This document shows positions 40,001-53,172 of a stretch of DNA of 64,000 nucleotides, piece after piece (position 1 is the stretch's first letter; each line of letters begins with the position of its first letter). The stretch spans positions 95,406 to 159,405 of the forward strand of contig QPMI01000209.1 of the NCBI GenBank assembly GCA_004431415.1. Direction: 5' to 3'. The notes beneath the pieces were generated by a model. It was not told where the DNA came from, did not search any database, and saw only the letters and a list, made by a program, of their open reading frames with translations. The stretch comes from Cyanophora paradoxa CCMP329. Taxonomy: Eukaryota > Plantae > Glaucophyta. A program made the translations under genes and the position numbers.

Positions 40001-43000
40001 GTCGCTTGCTGTGTTAATATTTGTACATGACTTTGGGGTGTCGAGTGCTTGACATTGCGCACGCACAGTCGTCGCGACGAACGTGGTGGACTCGGTGGAC
40101 CCGGAGACAGCAAAGGCTGCCGGCCAGGCTGTGAGTGCAATCGCGACGGGCAAAGTACAAGCGGGGGCTAATCGTAGCTTGCGCCCCTCAGATTGCGACC
40201 GCCGTGGCTTCCACTGTCGCTGCCAGCGTTGCAGTCGCGGTCGCTGGAAGCGTCGCGGGAGCAGTGGCAGGCGCAACTGCCAGTGCCGCAGCCGCGGCCG
40301 CTGGAGCCGCCGCTGGGTCCGCTGGCGCTGCCAGCGCAGCGAGCGGCGCTGCAAGTGGCGCGGCCGGTGGCGCGGCGGGAGGCGCGGCGGGCGGGGGCGG
40401 AGCTGCGGGCGGAGCCGGCGGCGCCGGTGCCGCGGGCGGCGGAGGGGCCGACGCGCCGAGCCCGAAGGTCGAAGGGGACACGAACACGGGCACGACGGTG
40501 CGCGGAGCGCCACCGCTCTCATTCTACACGCAAATGAATTTAATTTTCGCCTTTCTGCGGCAGACCCTCATCAATCAGACGCAAAAGATTGCGGTCATTG
40601 GGGGTATTGCCGGCGACAACGTCCCCGAGTCCTACAAAGCGATGTCGAGCTCCCTCGGCACTTTCATGCTCCAGGTTCGCGTTGTTTTGAGTCACAGCAG
40701 AGTAAGTTCAGCTTCGCTGCTGACATCCTCCGTAGTTCAATGTCGTCCCTATGGACGGCGCAGGCAGCGGAGCGGCTTCCGGTCCCACCCCGACGTGAGT
40801 CTTGCTTCACGCCCTTGCGTTCTCCTTTAATTTGATCGGCTCCCCCGTGTCGTTGCAGGCCGTCGGCGCGCCCGACTGCTCGCAAGATGCTCCAGGCTGC
40901 GGCGACAGCGGCGACGATGAGCGCGAGCGAGACGGCGCGGAAGGCCTTCCACAGCGCGATGCTGTACGGCTTCGGGATCCTGGCGATCGTGACCGTCGTG
41001 CACCTGCTGCTCCACGTTCTCCTGGTCCGCGTGCTCAAGAAGCTCCCAAAGCTCCCCGGCAAGCTCGGTGCGCGCTCTTTCTGCTTACCGACAACCCGCG
41101 CAATTGCAATTGCAGGTGCTGACCCGTTCCCACCGCAGCCTTCCCGTTCCCCGAGCTGGCGGTGCTCATGTGCCTGTACCAGCCGATGGCGCTGGCGTCC
41201 GCGGCGTACCTGCCGCTGGCGCCGCCGGACGTCCAGGCGGGCATCTTCATATTCCTGGTGCGCCGCACTGAGACGATGTCGCGCGTTTTTAGCGCTCGCT
41301 CGACGGCCGCCGTCGCAGATTTTCGGATGCGTGCTTGTGCCGGTCCTGTTCCTCTGCGTGCTTATATACCGCATCCGCCACGACCGCCTCCTCATCTACG
41401 AGCCGTTCGAGCCGCTCTTCCAGGTTCCCCTCCGCCTGCTTTCCGGTCGATGCGTCTCCTTGCTGCTGACAGCCGGGCGCCCCGGCCGCGGGCAGACTTT
41501 CACGGGGTCGCGCGCGCCGGCCGTCTTCTGGGACGAGCTGCGGGAGGAGCAGCGGGAGCGGGTCGAGATGGGCGCGTACCGCCGCCCGGGCCAGCGCGCG
41601 TTCGGCTCCAGCCTGCCCCTGGCGCCCGACGAGGAGCCGCACGCGAGGCGGAGCGCGGACGGGAGCGAGTCGACGACGACGGCGGCGCAGTCCGAGCGGA
41701 CGGACGCGCTGCTCGAGGAGCTCGACGACGCCGGCTTCGACTCGGACGGCCGCGCCCGCCGCACGACCGCCGCCAGCCGCATCCGCATGCGCCTCCGCCG
41801 CGCCGTCGCGCAGTTCGCCTTCCGCGTCGGCAACGCCGTCGACTTCTTTTTCGACAAGGTTCCTTCGTTTGCATAGTCTTTATAATTAATTACAGTCCCG
41901 CATTCACATGCGGATCCGGTGGCGAATGATGTCGCACGCAGCTGGAGAGGATCATGTTCCGGGGGACGTGGGTGGTCAACGACCGCGAGCACGGGCGACG
42001 CGCCCAGGATTTCGCCGACGGCTGGAGCGTGCGCGCGTCCTATTCCTCGCGATTTCGAGCTGACGCGGTGCCGCGAGCAGCTTCTGTACTCGGACTTCAC
42101 GGACAAGCAAATGGCCTTCTTGACGAGCGTTCTGTCCCTCGTCCGGCAGCTGCTCAGCGTCCTCATCGTCGGCATCATGTCCGCCCAGCACGCGCAGCGC
42201 AGCTCGGGCGAGGCCCCCAACGGCGACAACGTCGTCAGCAGCGCGCTCGCCACGGTCGGCGAGTCGTTCACGCCCATGCTCCAAGTGACGCTGCTTTTGG
42301 GGATCAACATCTTCACGCTCGTTCTGCACATAGTCGCCCGACCCTTCCTCTGTCGCTGGTTCGCCGATTGGTGCTGCGCGTTTTCGGCGCCGGTGCGAAG
42401 GCTCACCGGTACCGCCCCTCAAAACATTCAGGGTCGGCATCGTGGAGGCGATTACCCTCCTGGAGGAGACGATCATGATGCTCGCCATCCTGCAGGTGGA
42501 CCTCGGCTGGGGCTGGGATGCCGGTGAGTTTTTCTGGGCTCTTCGGAGGATCGCGGCGCGCGGCCGTCGCTCACAATCACCCGCGCGCCCGCGAGCAGGC
42601 GCGATCATGTTCCAAGTCGCGGTTATCATGAGCTTCGTGCTGGTGGCCGACAACATGCTCGGCAAGCTCCAGCTTCTCAAGGCGCTCGTGCAGAAGCGCG
42701 AGACGCTCGCGAACGGCGTGCGGTCGGCGTGCGGCGCCGTGTCGGACCTGATCACCGGCCGGGCCCGGGCGCTGCGCATCAATTGCTCCGAGTCGCGCAT
42801 TGCCCTGGAGCTCCTCGCCAGCAAGTGAGCTGTCGTCGCCGCAAGTGTAATTGGGCATTTCCGCTGAGCACGCTCGACAGGACGCGCAACGCGTGGACGG
42901 TCTTGACGGACATCGAGTGGACGCTGCGGCCAGACGCCGATCCGCCCGCTGGCGAGGCCAAGAGCAAGAAGGCGGCGCACGACAGTCAGCCAAAGCCGAC

Positions 43001-44526
43001 GAGCGCCTCGGTCGACCTGGAGTCGCCTTACAGGTCGGTTCCAAATAAAACTTTGAAACAGCGATTAATATTCGCCGGGTTTGCGCTTGACGTCGACTTG
43101 CTTACGACAGGTCGCGCTACGACTCGATGCTGCTCGGGCTCTTGCGCGCGCTCCGGCGGACGCCGGCGGCCGTGGACGGGACGACGCGGCTGCGCATCTC
43201 GGTGGCCGAGCGCGACGCCCGGGAGGGGGCGCTGCACGGCGACCTCGCCAAGGCGATCCGCGCCGTCGCGGCGCTGAAGAGGCAGAAGCGACGCGAGGAC
43301 GCCGCGCAGAAGGCCGCGGCGTCCAGGCCCCTCCTGCACTCTCTGCGCGCTCGATTCGCAAAGAAGAAGAAGGAGAAGGTGGATGACGGAGCCGAAGAGG
43401 AGCAGGCGGCGGCGCGAGCCGACGGCGCGGATGATGCGGATCCGGACCCAGCGCTGCGCCCGACAAACGCCGATCCCGACGCCAACGCCCCCAAGGCCAA
43501 AGGGGATGCGGACGGCGTTGACAGCAATCGCGAAGAGAACGCGGAGAGCGAGAAGCCCGATCGCGAGCTGAAGTGGGGCGAGGCGGAAGCCAAGCTGGGC
43601 AACGACGTCGCGCTCGACGAGCTCCTGGGCAAGCACGGCCTCTTCTCGGAAGAGGAGCGCGCGGCGGAGCTCGGGCGGCGCAAGAGCGAGCTCGCGCGCC
43701 TCGCGGAGCGCGGGCGGCTCAAGGGCGACCGGGGGCAGACGCGCAGGCTGCAGGCCGAGTGGGAGACGGCGGACAAGGAGCGGGCGCGCCGCATGCGGCA
43801 CTGGCGCGGCGTGGCGCGCGAGCTGTGGCGCTTCGAGCACGCCGAGCTGCTGGCGCCGGGGGCGCCCCGGCGGAGGGCCCCAAGTCGCCCGCCGAGGCCC
43901 ACCGCGCGCGCCGCACGCGCCGGCGCTCGCTCTCGAGCCCGGCGCTCGCGCGCGGCGCAGCCGGGGCTGTCCCCAAGGTCGACGTCGTGCTCCTCGACGA
44001 CTCGTCGCTCCCCAGCCGCAGCAGCGCCGCCGGCTCCTCGGAGCCCTCCAGCTCCCTCATCGACATGTACCCCCCTGCAGCTGGGGCGGCCCGCCGCACC
44101 GGCACCGCCACGCCCGCCAGCCCCTCCCGCTCGCCCAGGGGCCCCCCGCATCCGGCGCGCCCTTCGGGCCCCCCGCGCCCTCGCCCCTCGCCCGCCTCTC
44201 GGGCGTGCAGCACCCCGTCGCGCCCGTCTTCGACCTCTCGCCACCGCCCGCGCCCGCGCCGCCGGTGTCGGCCCCGGCTCCGGTGCCTCGGCGCTGGATC
44301 GGCCGGCGGCGGCGGCGGCGCAGGGGGCGGACGCGCGGTCGCCGCCGCTGCTGGCGGACGGCGCCGGCTCGCGCAGGGGCAGCCTCCAGCCCGACGCCGA
44401 CCCCCTCGAGGCCGCCCTCCAGCGCCTCCCGCCCCCGCCCCCGCCCCCCGCGGCGGCCCCTCGTCCACGCTGCCCCACCACCGCGTCCGCCCCGCCGCTG
44501 GCTCCTATCCAGCAAAGCGGGGCTGA
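25067..44526 (+). CDS. Giant multi-exon cell-surface receptor-like protein B, tandem paralogue of protein A
   Basis: Signal MRVFILVAVCIAWL. LamG LTVELW...WTHVAVCF...SIYVDG...PVIGA...LIDEVRVW. PDRTSSVSC (about 26640) and ADESSSLAC...CTLTPRR repeats. IPT VHPSIGSMTGGTRVTLTG (about 37360). PKD FFAWSVV...PGMYTFTVDV and FDGRQSSDVDG..YVW. SEA AGSVIMSV (about 38830). TM region 40100-42710. Charged coiled tail. Confidence 0.8.
28489..28540. repeat. 15-bp tandem repeat (ATATCGAGATTCGCG), about 3 copies
   Basis: Directly visible, probably intronic. Confidence 0.8.
33618..36337 (+). repeat. Three near-identical exonic modules in gene B
   Basis: 33618-33884, 34877-35143 and 36087-36337 are almost identical. 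34630-35127 matches 35840-36337. Confidence 0.95.
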
Positions 44527-44570
44527 GAATTTTTGTCTAGTGCAGCTGGCTCCCTAGGCCTCTTTGCCCC

Positions 44571-44671
44571 TGCGAAAGGCTACACGCGGCGAAACCGGTT
44601 CAAGTTCACAGCGAGCTCCAACAGTTCCGACCTGGCCCCCGGGCTCCCCCCCCCCCCCGGGCCCCTGGCCC

Positions 44672-44702
<31 letters not shown>

Positions 44703-45272
44703 GGGCTCCCCAGCTTTGCAGGTGTCCATGTAATGATTATTACTATGCACAAATCAAAGACAGGTTCGAATTCTGCTAGTGTAATAGTTCTAGCTCTAGT
44801 ACCGACGAAGCCTGATCATGAAGTAAGCCATCAAGATCATGCATATGTGCTACCGCCGGTTCTAAACAAGCTTGAGGGCTAGGAGGGTTCCCCACCCTTA
44901 ATCTTACGCCTGATCCATGCTGAATCGATGTATATATCGCGTACGTGCATTTTCCATGCATGTGCATGTAATAGTCGAAATTTCTAGCTCTTCGCATGCG
45001 GGTGGCGTTTGATCATGAAAAAATACGTATACTCGCACGGCAAAGCACTGCCAGGCTGCTCCCAACGTTCTACACTCAGGATTCTGAATTCCGCAACTTG
45101 ACTGCGAAAGGCTTCGCGCGGCGTAACCGGTTCATGTTCACAGCGAGCTCCAACAGTTCCGAACAGCCCCCCCCCCCCCCACCCCCCCACCCCCCCCTCC
45201 CTCCCGCACGCACACACACACACACTCACCAGGGCTCCCACGGGCTTCCCCCTACCCCCCCGAGCTTGCAAG
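44571..45272. repeat. Two copies of a repeat of about 150 bp (44571-44720 and 45103-45272) with internal poly-C tract
   Basis: TGCGAAAGGCT...AACCGGTTCA.GTTCACAGCGAGCTCCAACAGTTCCGA, then C-runs, GGGCTCCC and ..TTGCA in both copies. Confidence 0.8.
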
Positions 45273-45833
45273 CACGCCAATAAACTGCTCTTATTTATAT
45301 ATACCTACGCGAGGACGAAAACGAAAACTGCTCTACTCACAATAAGACGCCTACGACTCGATGGAAACCGATCGCGACAGCTGAACATAAAGCGACCGAT
45401 CTCGATGGATGGATAAGACTTAAAAAGCTTCGCTTTATTATATCTGGAATGCAAATGTGTATACCGTACGCGTATACGTACTCATCTGCCACGGTACCGT
45501 TACGTAACACAATAATGATTGTACGAGACAAATCGATCGCGACGTCAAGCGTTTAAAAACAATAGGGGAACGTGTGCGAGACAGGCCGATAGGTATACGT
45601 ATGCCTAGCATGCGCATTCATATGTCTATGTACATGGATACCTTGCAATAAATCATTATCATAATCACTGAATCCGCTGAATATCAACATCTAAATCTGC
45701 ACATGTATACGTTTTATGGCCGCAGGCCGAGAGAGTTTAAGGCAAATTAAAGTTTGAGCAGCCTCACAACGAGGTGCGGATATCAATAGATCTGCAGTCA
45801 GCTGCAGCTGCTGTACGTAGCCAGCTACAGTGC

Positions 45834-48800
45834 TCAAAGAAATACGAACGAGAAATCGTTCGCACGGTCGGCTGGCACAAGGACGGGCGGCGCGTACACT
45901 TGGCTTTCGCGGGAAATGGGTTGCGTGCGCGGCAGCCTCGCTGCCGGCCCCGCATCGCTTCGAGCGTGCAGCCGCACGAGGCGGCGCCAAGTCACGACCG
46001 CGACTGTGACTAGCAACGCCGCCCCAGCAACTCCGACGACAACGCCGACGACGACGGCCGTTCTGGGGCTCTCGGAGCCCGCCTCTTGATCCACGGCCGC
46101 CTTGGCCGACTTGGCCTGGAGCACGGGAACGGATCCACGGGGCGGCGGCGTCGTGCCCGTGTAGATGGACGCTCCCGTTGTGCGGACGGTGTAGCCGGCG
46201 GCGGCGTCGGCGGTGGGTAAGGAGAGCGTCCCCTCCTTGGCGGCGACCTGAACGGCCGAAAGCGAGTCGAGGAGAGCAGCGGCCTGGGGGCCCTCCAGGC
46301 TCCGCACAATGAAAGCGGCCTGCATGCGCAGCGGCGCGGGAGGTCGGTCAATTCTCGTATACAAAGCGGCGAGAAAGGCAACCAGCTGCAGGTCATGCAA
46401 TATTAATTGCAAGCAGACTGACCTGGATCGTCGACCCTTCTTGCAGGAGGCGCCGGCTCGTGCCGAGAATGGCGTCCGTGGCGACGCATCGGATCTTTGC
46501 ATACTTCATCTGCTCTCGGGAGATGTTCAATGCCTGCAAGGGGGCTCGTGAGGGGACGGACGACCGAAAAGGTTCACGCTTGTAGTTATAATGCGTGAGA
46601 CAATTTGAGATTGACGTCCTGACGTTCCGCACCGTGCGAAGGTCCGCGAGGATGGCCCGCACGAGGTCAGCGGTGAGCGAGTTGCAGGGCACGTTGGCAA
46701 ACGAGATCGTGAATGTCCACAGGACACCGTTCGCGCTTGGACTGCCCGTTGTTGCAGGGCTGGAAAGGTAGAGAGCGTCCACCAGGTCATCTGGGAGAAT
46801 GAATTATGAAGCCCGTACGTCAGCCGCGCGTACTCGAAATCAGAAAGAACATTAGAAGTGCGGGATATTTTATAATTACCGAGCTCGGAAGGAGGGAAGA
46901 GATCGGTGACGGGGATATCGCGATCGACATACCCTTGGGCGGCGGAGGCGTTGGCGCCCGGGGTGTGCAGGAAAGCCCGCGAGGAGAGGACGGAGAAGTT
47001 TGAGCCCACGTCGACAACGAAGTGCTGCTCTACATAGACGACGTAGGAAGCGCTGGGCTCCAGCCCCTCCACGATGGCAGGACTCGCAGGAACGCTGAAC
47101 GATTGCGATTTCGCCGCCGTGCCCACGGCGCTGACTGCAGGCTCGGCGAAGATAATGAAGGAAGTCCCGGGGGCGGCGTAGAAGTCTCCGAACTCGCCGC
47201 TCCGAGCTGCGGCGGTCGTGAAGAGGCCCGCGTCGAAGGCGAAGGGGGTCCACGCGACAGCGACGGACGCGGTGGACGACGCGTCGAGGAATCCTCCGGC
47301 TTTGAGGATTGGGCTGGTGGGAAACTGCAGCGAGACAGTGTTAACGTTGGCGCCGAACTTGCAGGGCTGTCCGCCCGAGCAGAGGAGGGCCACGCGGAGC
47401 TCGTAGACGATGGCAGGGGTGAAGACGCGAGGAGGGCTCGCGCAGGCTGTAGCTGGCCCCGATGCGACGCCGCTCGCATGCGCAGTGAAGCAGGCCAGCT
47501 CTGAAGTCGTGATGATGAGGCCGGCCGGAGGGAGCGTCGAGAGGGGCGAGGAGGCCCAACGTGGCGCGGCGGGATCTGCAGCCGCGCCACCCGGGTGAGC
47601 CACGAGGGCCCACGTCCTGCAGCCCCCGTACAGCCGCGAGTATCCGAAGCCGTCGTCGATGGAATCGTCGGCCTGTACAGCGCTGGCGGCGGCGGCGGCC
47701 GAGCTCGATGGTACGGACTGCATAGGGCCCCACTGCAGCAGCACGGATGTGGCGTTGAGGAGCGTACCACGCAGCCACTGCGGCGCAAGGCGGCATCCTG
47801 CGGAGATTTTGAGTCCACAGAGTACACTCCAGCGATCGCGAGCGATCTGCAGCCGCGAGGGGCGCGGCCCTAGAGTTGAAGAACGCGCACCAAACCCATC
47901 GTAGGCATTACTTGACCAGACATTGTAAGCTGCGCATGCGCACGTGCAGAACGTTTAACTTTAGGCGAGGCAGATTGCGCGAGCTCGAGGAAGCCGGGGA
48001 TACAATTCGATGCAGAAGCATATGCGTGCGCACCAGAGAGGGAGTTGACAGTCGCCGAAGTCGCGCTCGACACGGAGCCCGCGGCCCCTGGCGTGAAGGT
48101 TGGGCCCGCGGTTACCGTCCCCGCGTATGCAGTCACCGTTGCGTTGCACACAAGCTCAAACAACGCGCTTCTGTACATTTTCGGGAGACCCAAGATCGTC
48201 ACGGTCGCGCTCGTCGACCCCGGCGCGATCGCGCTGCCTGCCAAAGAGCCAGTCCTCGTCACGCCTGCCCCCAAGCAGCTCGCCTCCAGCTTCTCGTATG
48301 TCGGCGCCACACCGGCCCCGCTGTACCCCACCGCCGACAGCGTCCAGCTCACGGGCACCACCAGTGACGTCGCCGAGTCCGCAGTTGGCGTGCCCACCGT
48401 AACAATATCGACTGTCTTTGCGTTCGCTGCGCGGCAAGCCTGTTTTAATTTGAGGTTAACCTTCGCGGCCGGGCCGTCGCGGCCCGGCGCGGAGATCTAG
48501 AGCCATTAAATTAAAGCTACTGAGAATCGTCAGAAACCAGATTCGGCATATAATAATTAGAACCATGGCAGTTTCAAAAACAGAAGAGATGTTCGTATAG
48601 CTATATATATATATAGAGCTAGGCCGTCGTAGAACACACAACTCTGGACACAGCGCGCGATTTATTGCCACGGCGATTCCGGTTTTTGTATGATTAGCAG
48701 TATTCGTACTGCTATGTATACGGTACTTATCCACACACATAGCATATTTATATTATCGGATTATTTCAGCGGACGGTAGTTCTAGACATCGCGTATCGTA

Positions 48801-51420
48801 CTGCATAGAGCTAGCTCACCGAAGAGAAGGCTGGCAGTCGCCGAAGTCGCGCTCGACACGGAGCCCGCGGCCCCTGGCGTGAAGGTTGGACCCGCGCCGG
48901 TCACCTTCCCCACGTATGCCGTCACCGTTGCGTTGCACACTATCTCGAGCGAAGTGCTCATCAAAGGGAAGCCGGAGATCGTCACGGTCGCGCTCGTCGA
49001 CCCCGCCGCGATCGCGCTGCCTGCCAAAGAGCCAGTCCTCGTCACGCCTGCCCCCGAGCAGCTCGCCTCCAGCTTCTCGTATGTCGGCGCCACACCGGTC
49101 CCGCTGTACCCCACCGCCGACAGCGTCCAGCTCACGGGCACCACCAGTGACGTCAAAGATTCCGCAGTTGGAGTGCCCACCGTAACAGTCTCGACTGTCG
49201 TTGCGTTAACTGCGCAGCGAGCCAGCCTCGCGATCAGCCTCAATTGTAACTCACTTCCGGATCGGGACGCCAGCTATATATGAGCATACGCGTCGCGAAG
49301 CTCGCGGCCGCCCAGCTGCAGTGCACGTTCGAATGCGCATGCCACGATTGCGAACCGGTGGAGTATGACGTGGAACTCGTGGCCACCCCGCCGAACGAGT
49401 AGTAGACAGTAGCCACGCAGCTCGTCACGTGCGACCGCGTATCCCACGACCCGGAGCCCGCAGCAACCGACAGCACGGCCGAGCCCAACCCCGTTGCCGA
49501 CACCACGGTCGTCGTGGACGCCAAGCCCCCCACGCCGTTACTGGAGCAGGTGACGGTAACATTCTTGTACGCGGGATCGGTGCTCGACGTCCCGGTCGTG
49601 GTCCAGGACACAGTTACCGAGACGTTTGTGGCCGAAGCATCATCAGGCACCAGCACCAGCACCGACGGCGGCGCCACTGACTTGGCTGCGCCGCACACGT
49701 GCAGAACTCAGCGGTGTGCCATGAAGACTTATCCTACATTAACGAATTATGCAGCTGATCGTGACACTGATCATGACATACCGTACAGAGAAGCGACTGA
49801 ATTTGAGGCTGTAGAATCGAGTACTTCCGTATTTCCGGTTGTTAGAGTCGCTACTGGCGAGCCCGTGGCGTTGCCCAAAAAGAATACCAGGGATGCTGAG
49901 CACGAAATTTCGTAGGAAGAGCTCATCTCAGGTAGCCCGCTGACTGTTAGAGACGAGGAATTGGCGCCGGTTGCATCTGTCAAAGCAATCGTTCCGTTCA
50001 CCGTAACGCCGTTGTCCGAGCAAGTCGCGGAGAGGTTGCCGTACGGCGGCGTTGAGGGGTATCCGGTAGAGAGCGTCCACGTTACGGGCACAACAACCGA
50101 AGTGGTCGAGACAGGAACCAAAGTCCCGACTTGGAGTGCCGACGGAGTTTTGAACGCAACTGCGCACAGAATTCGGATATTGATGAGCTGGAAATATTGC
50201 GAGCACTGTGAACAAAAATTTCGGCTTTATCCGCATTGAAAGTATGTGCTATAGCTATTAAAAAGCACGCGCCTGTGGTAGAGCCGGCGGAGCTCGTGAT
50301 CGTTCCGTTGTACGAGTACGTGACGGTCACGTTGCAGGCCACGGGGTAAGAGGTTGTGTCCCACTCCGCCGACGAGACAGTTGCAAAACGGGTAAAATTA
50401 GCGCCGTTCGCAAGGCCGGTCGACGCGTTCGAGGCGCTGACGGAGTTACTGACGCATTCAACAACTTGGGCCACGTTGTTAAAATTCCAGGTGCCAGTTG
50501 AATGGGTGAGCGCGGCGTTGTTGACAATAACGCTGGTAGCAGATCTGGCTGTCACCGAGGGCGTGGCGATTGCCGTGATCGTTTTCGCTGCGCGCGAGGC
50601 CGTGCACGTGGCGCATCAGTCGAATTCGAAGTACGTTTACGTATATATATAATATATATGCATGTGCACAGTCAAAGGTGTTCGTTTAATTTTATAGAAT
50701 TAAATATATATAATAGCGAATTGCAAGTACTAGCCCCGAGGCACTCAGACGCGGCCTAGGCCTCAAGCTTGCAGAACCGCTTTATATACAATATATGTAT
50801 ATGTATATATCGTTGCATGCACCTGCATCGAGGCGGATCTCGCAGGACGGCGAAACGCAGCTTGTGCAGTTCGCGAGGACAGGGTTCGGCGTGCACGTGC
50901 TGCCGCAGCTGACGCCCACGATGGGATGTCCCGCAGCCGCAGGAGTGGTGCAGCCTTTGCCAGCGCAGGACACATTGTACGTCGCGAAGCACGTGACGTT
51001 CAAGGGGGCCGCTGACTGAGGAAATCCGTTCGGAAACGTGCCAAAAGCAATGGCAGGCGTGGTCCTTTGGATTACATTGTTGCCAAGATCTACGTTGTCC
51101 ATCAGTAGGCCGCCAGTGTTGTTTCTGCCAATGTTCACATTGCTACGAGTCGCGCTAAACGTGGTGCCGTACGGATGGACGCAAGTAAAAATGACAGTGG
51201 GCAATAGCATTCGCGTGTTGTCGGGCGTCGACGTCACAAGCGAAGACTTCGTATACTGGAACGTCCACTCCACATCGACACGCGTTGAGCTCGCAGTCGT
51301 GCCGGATGCGGCCTGGCAGCCGACGACAGAATGGACATGCTGCGCGGAAGCCGGCTGCAGGCCCAGTCCAAGAGCGAGCAGATAGACGAACGCTAGCGTT
51401 AACGTTGCGCTGTTTTGCAT
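45834..51420 (-). CDS. Type I membrane glycoprotein with Thr/Ser/Val-rich FN3/Ig-like repeats and SEA-like juxtamembrane region
   Basis: Signal MQNSATLTLAFVYLLALGLGLQPASAQ. Repeated units VGTPTA..TSLVVPVSW...C...CNATV. GTSRRLLQ. Single TM TAVVVGVVVGVAGAALLVTVAVVTW followed by RR. Stop at 45834. Confidence 0.75.
48050..49197 (-). repeat. Duplicated exon in the type I membrane protein gene
   Basis: 48050-48415 versus 48835-49197 are highly similar at DNA level. The flanking introns are unrelated. Confidence 0.9.
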
Positions 51421-52111
51421 ATGCATCGATATCCGCGCTGCGCTGTAAACGCCTCGAGCTCGCACATACGCATGCGTAGACGTCAACAAGAATGGATCTA
51501 GATCTAGAAGCTGCTGTCGACGTCGCGGTTTCTGCACATATACGCACGTGCACTGCTGCAATTGCAAGCTTGAGGCCGCATGCGAGTGCATCCTTCGGCT
51601 ACGTATACGGTATACCCTAGTGCGCGTATACGCGTACGTATACGTACATATATATAACTCTACGTATACGTATACCGTTAGGTGGCCTAAACCGTGCTAA
51701 ACGTTTGCCGCCGTGGAACGTAGCCGCCTCGCCAAGTCGTTGCCAACCGTTGAACGATGCCAAATTAACTTTGCGTTACCGTAGTACCAAGATCGATATC
51801 CCGAAGTCCGACGGTCATGAATCCAGACTCATGATCACCCGTGGGCCGCGGGCCGCGGGCCGGGCCGGCCGCGGCCCGCGGCGACGTCCCAGTCCCGGCC
51901 CCCGGGACTCGGCCCGGAGTCGTTACACTGTCACAGACTCACAGTGTTAACGTTAACGTTAACGTTACACTGTCGATGTCGAGTCATTGTCGACGTCGAC
52001 GTCACTCTTCCCGTTAACGTTACTAAGTTACACTGTCGATGTCGACATCACTCTTCCGTGTAATACTTAAGCTTACTGGGTATACGGTATATTATATTAC
52101 TAAGTTAATTA

Positions 52112-52215
52112 CCGTAGTACCGCGACAAAAACACACTGTGCACGTGACAAATTACCGCACTCAAAATTTCTGCCGCAGTGCGCGGCGCCGATATACGCGC
52201 TTTAGCGCGGTACTA
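52112..52215. mobile_element. Probable degenerate small MITE
   Basis: TA|CCGTAGTACCGCG...CGCGGTACTA inverted ends, with the right terminus incomplete. Confidence 0.4.
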
Positions 52216-52228
52216 ACTTTGTAAATTA

Positions 52229-52413
52229 CCGTATAACAGAATATTAGTGCGCGCATAATATTAATGCGCCCCCAATTTAATGCGTTTTCTGCCGTATAAC
52301 AGAATATTAGTGCGCGCATAATATTAATGCGCCCCCATAATATTAATGCGCCCCCTGGGGGTCCGGGTCCAAAAACGCATTAATATTGAGCGCATTAATA
52401 TTGTGTTATACGG
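52229..52413. mobile_element. MITE, 185 bp, TA TSD
   Basis: TA|CCGTATAACAGAATATTAGTGCGC ... GCGCATTAATATTGTGTTATACGG|TA: 24-bp TIR with 2 mismatches. The left end is duplicated internally at about 52292. Confidence 0.85.
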
Positions 52414-52711
52414 TACGGCGTTTCCATGAAACCTGAACCCACATCACACACGCTTTCCGATGCACCGCTCATAGCGGTGTGGTTATCATACACGCTTTCC
52501 GATGCATGCCTTCCGTGTTCGAATCGCCCTGCGATGAGAATCACGCCTTCAAATCCCGCCCGTTCCACATAATTCCGATCGATCATGCCCCACCTTGCCT
52601 GTATACGCCCCCACAGTGCTGGAGTAGACTAGAGGCTGTGGCCGGTAATTCACCAAAAAAAAAAAAACCTGAACCCGCCCATAGAATTAGCAGTGTTAGC
52701 AAAAGACATTA

Positions 52712-52949
52712 CTGTAGAATTTCGAACTAGTTAATTTAGTACAGGAAAAATAATTAGTACTTCGCCAAAACTGCCACTTTAGCAGCAAGTAAATCTTAAG
52801 TAGGTCAGTCTTCGCAGGGCTCTTGTATGGCGGAGGCGGGACTACCCCTACAAATTCTCAGCTTTAGCAGGCGGGAAATATTTAGTAGGTCGCCCAAAAA
52901 CTTTAAGTACTATAAATATGCAGCCCACTAAATATTTCTAGCTCTCCAG
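52712..52949. mobile_element. MITE with CTGTAGAA-type ends, TA TSD
   Basis: TA|CTGTAGAA...ATTTAGT and ACTAAATATTTCTAGCTCTCCAG|TA. The right half recurs at 53863-53984 ending TTCTACAG|TA. Confidence 0.65.
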
Positions 52950-53172
52950 TACTGCCGCATGCCATGCGCTACCAAATTATAAATTACCGTGGTAGTACGG
53001 TGGTACCGGCGTACCGCGCGCCTTCTAAAACTTTTGAGTATACCGTGCCAGGGCCGGGTGTGGCACAATAATCTTGACGTACCGCGATAATTTGGTGCCG
53101 CGGTCACGGCCCGGGGTAAGAACCTGCTGTTGAATGCTTCGGATTCCGGATCCATAGTCGCCGTCGCCGCTA

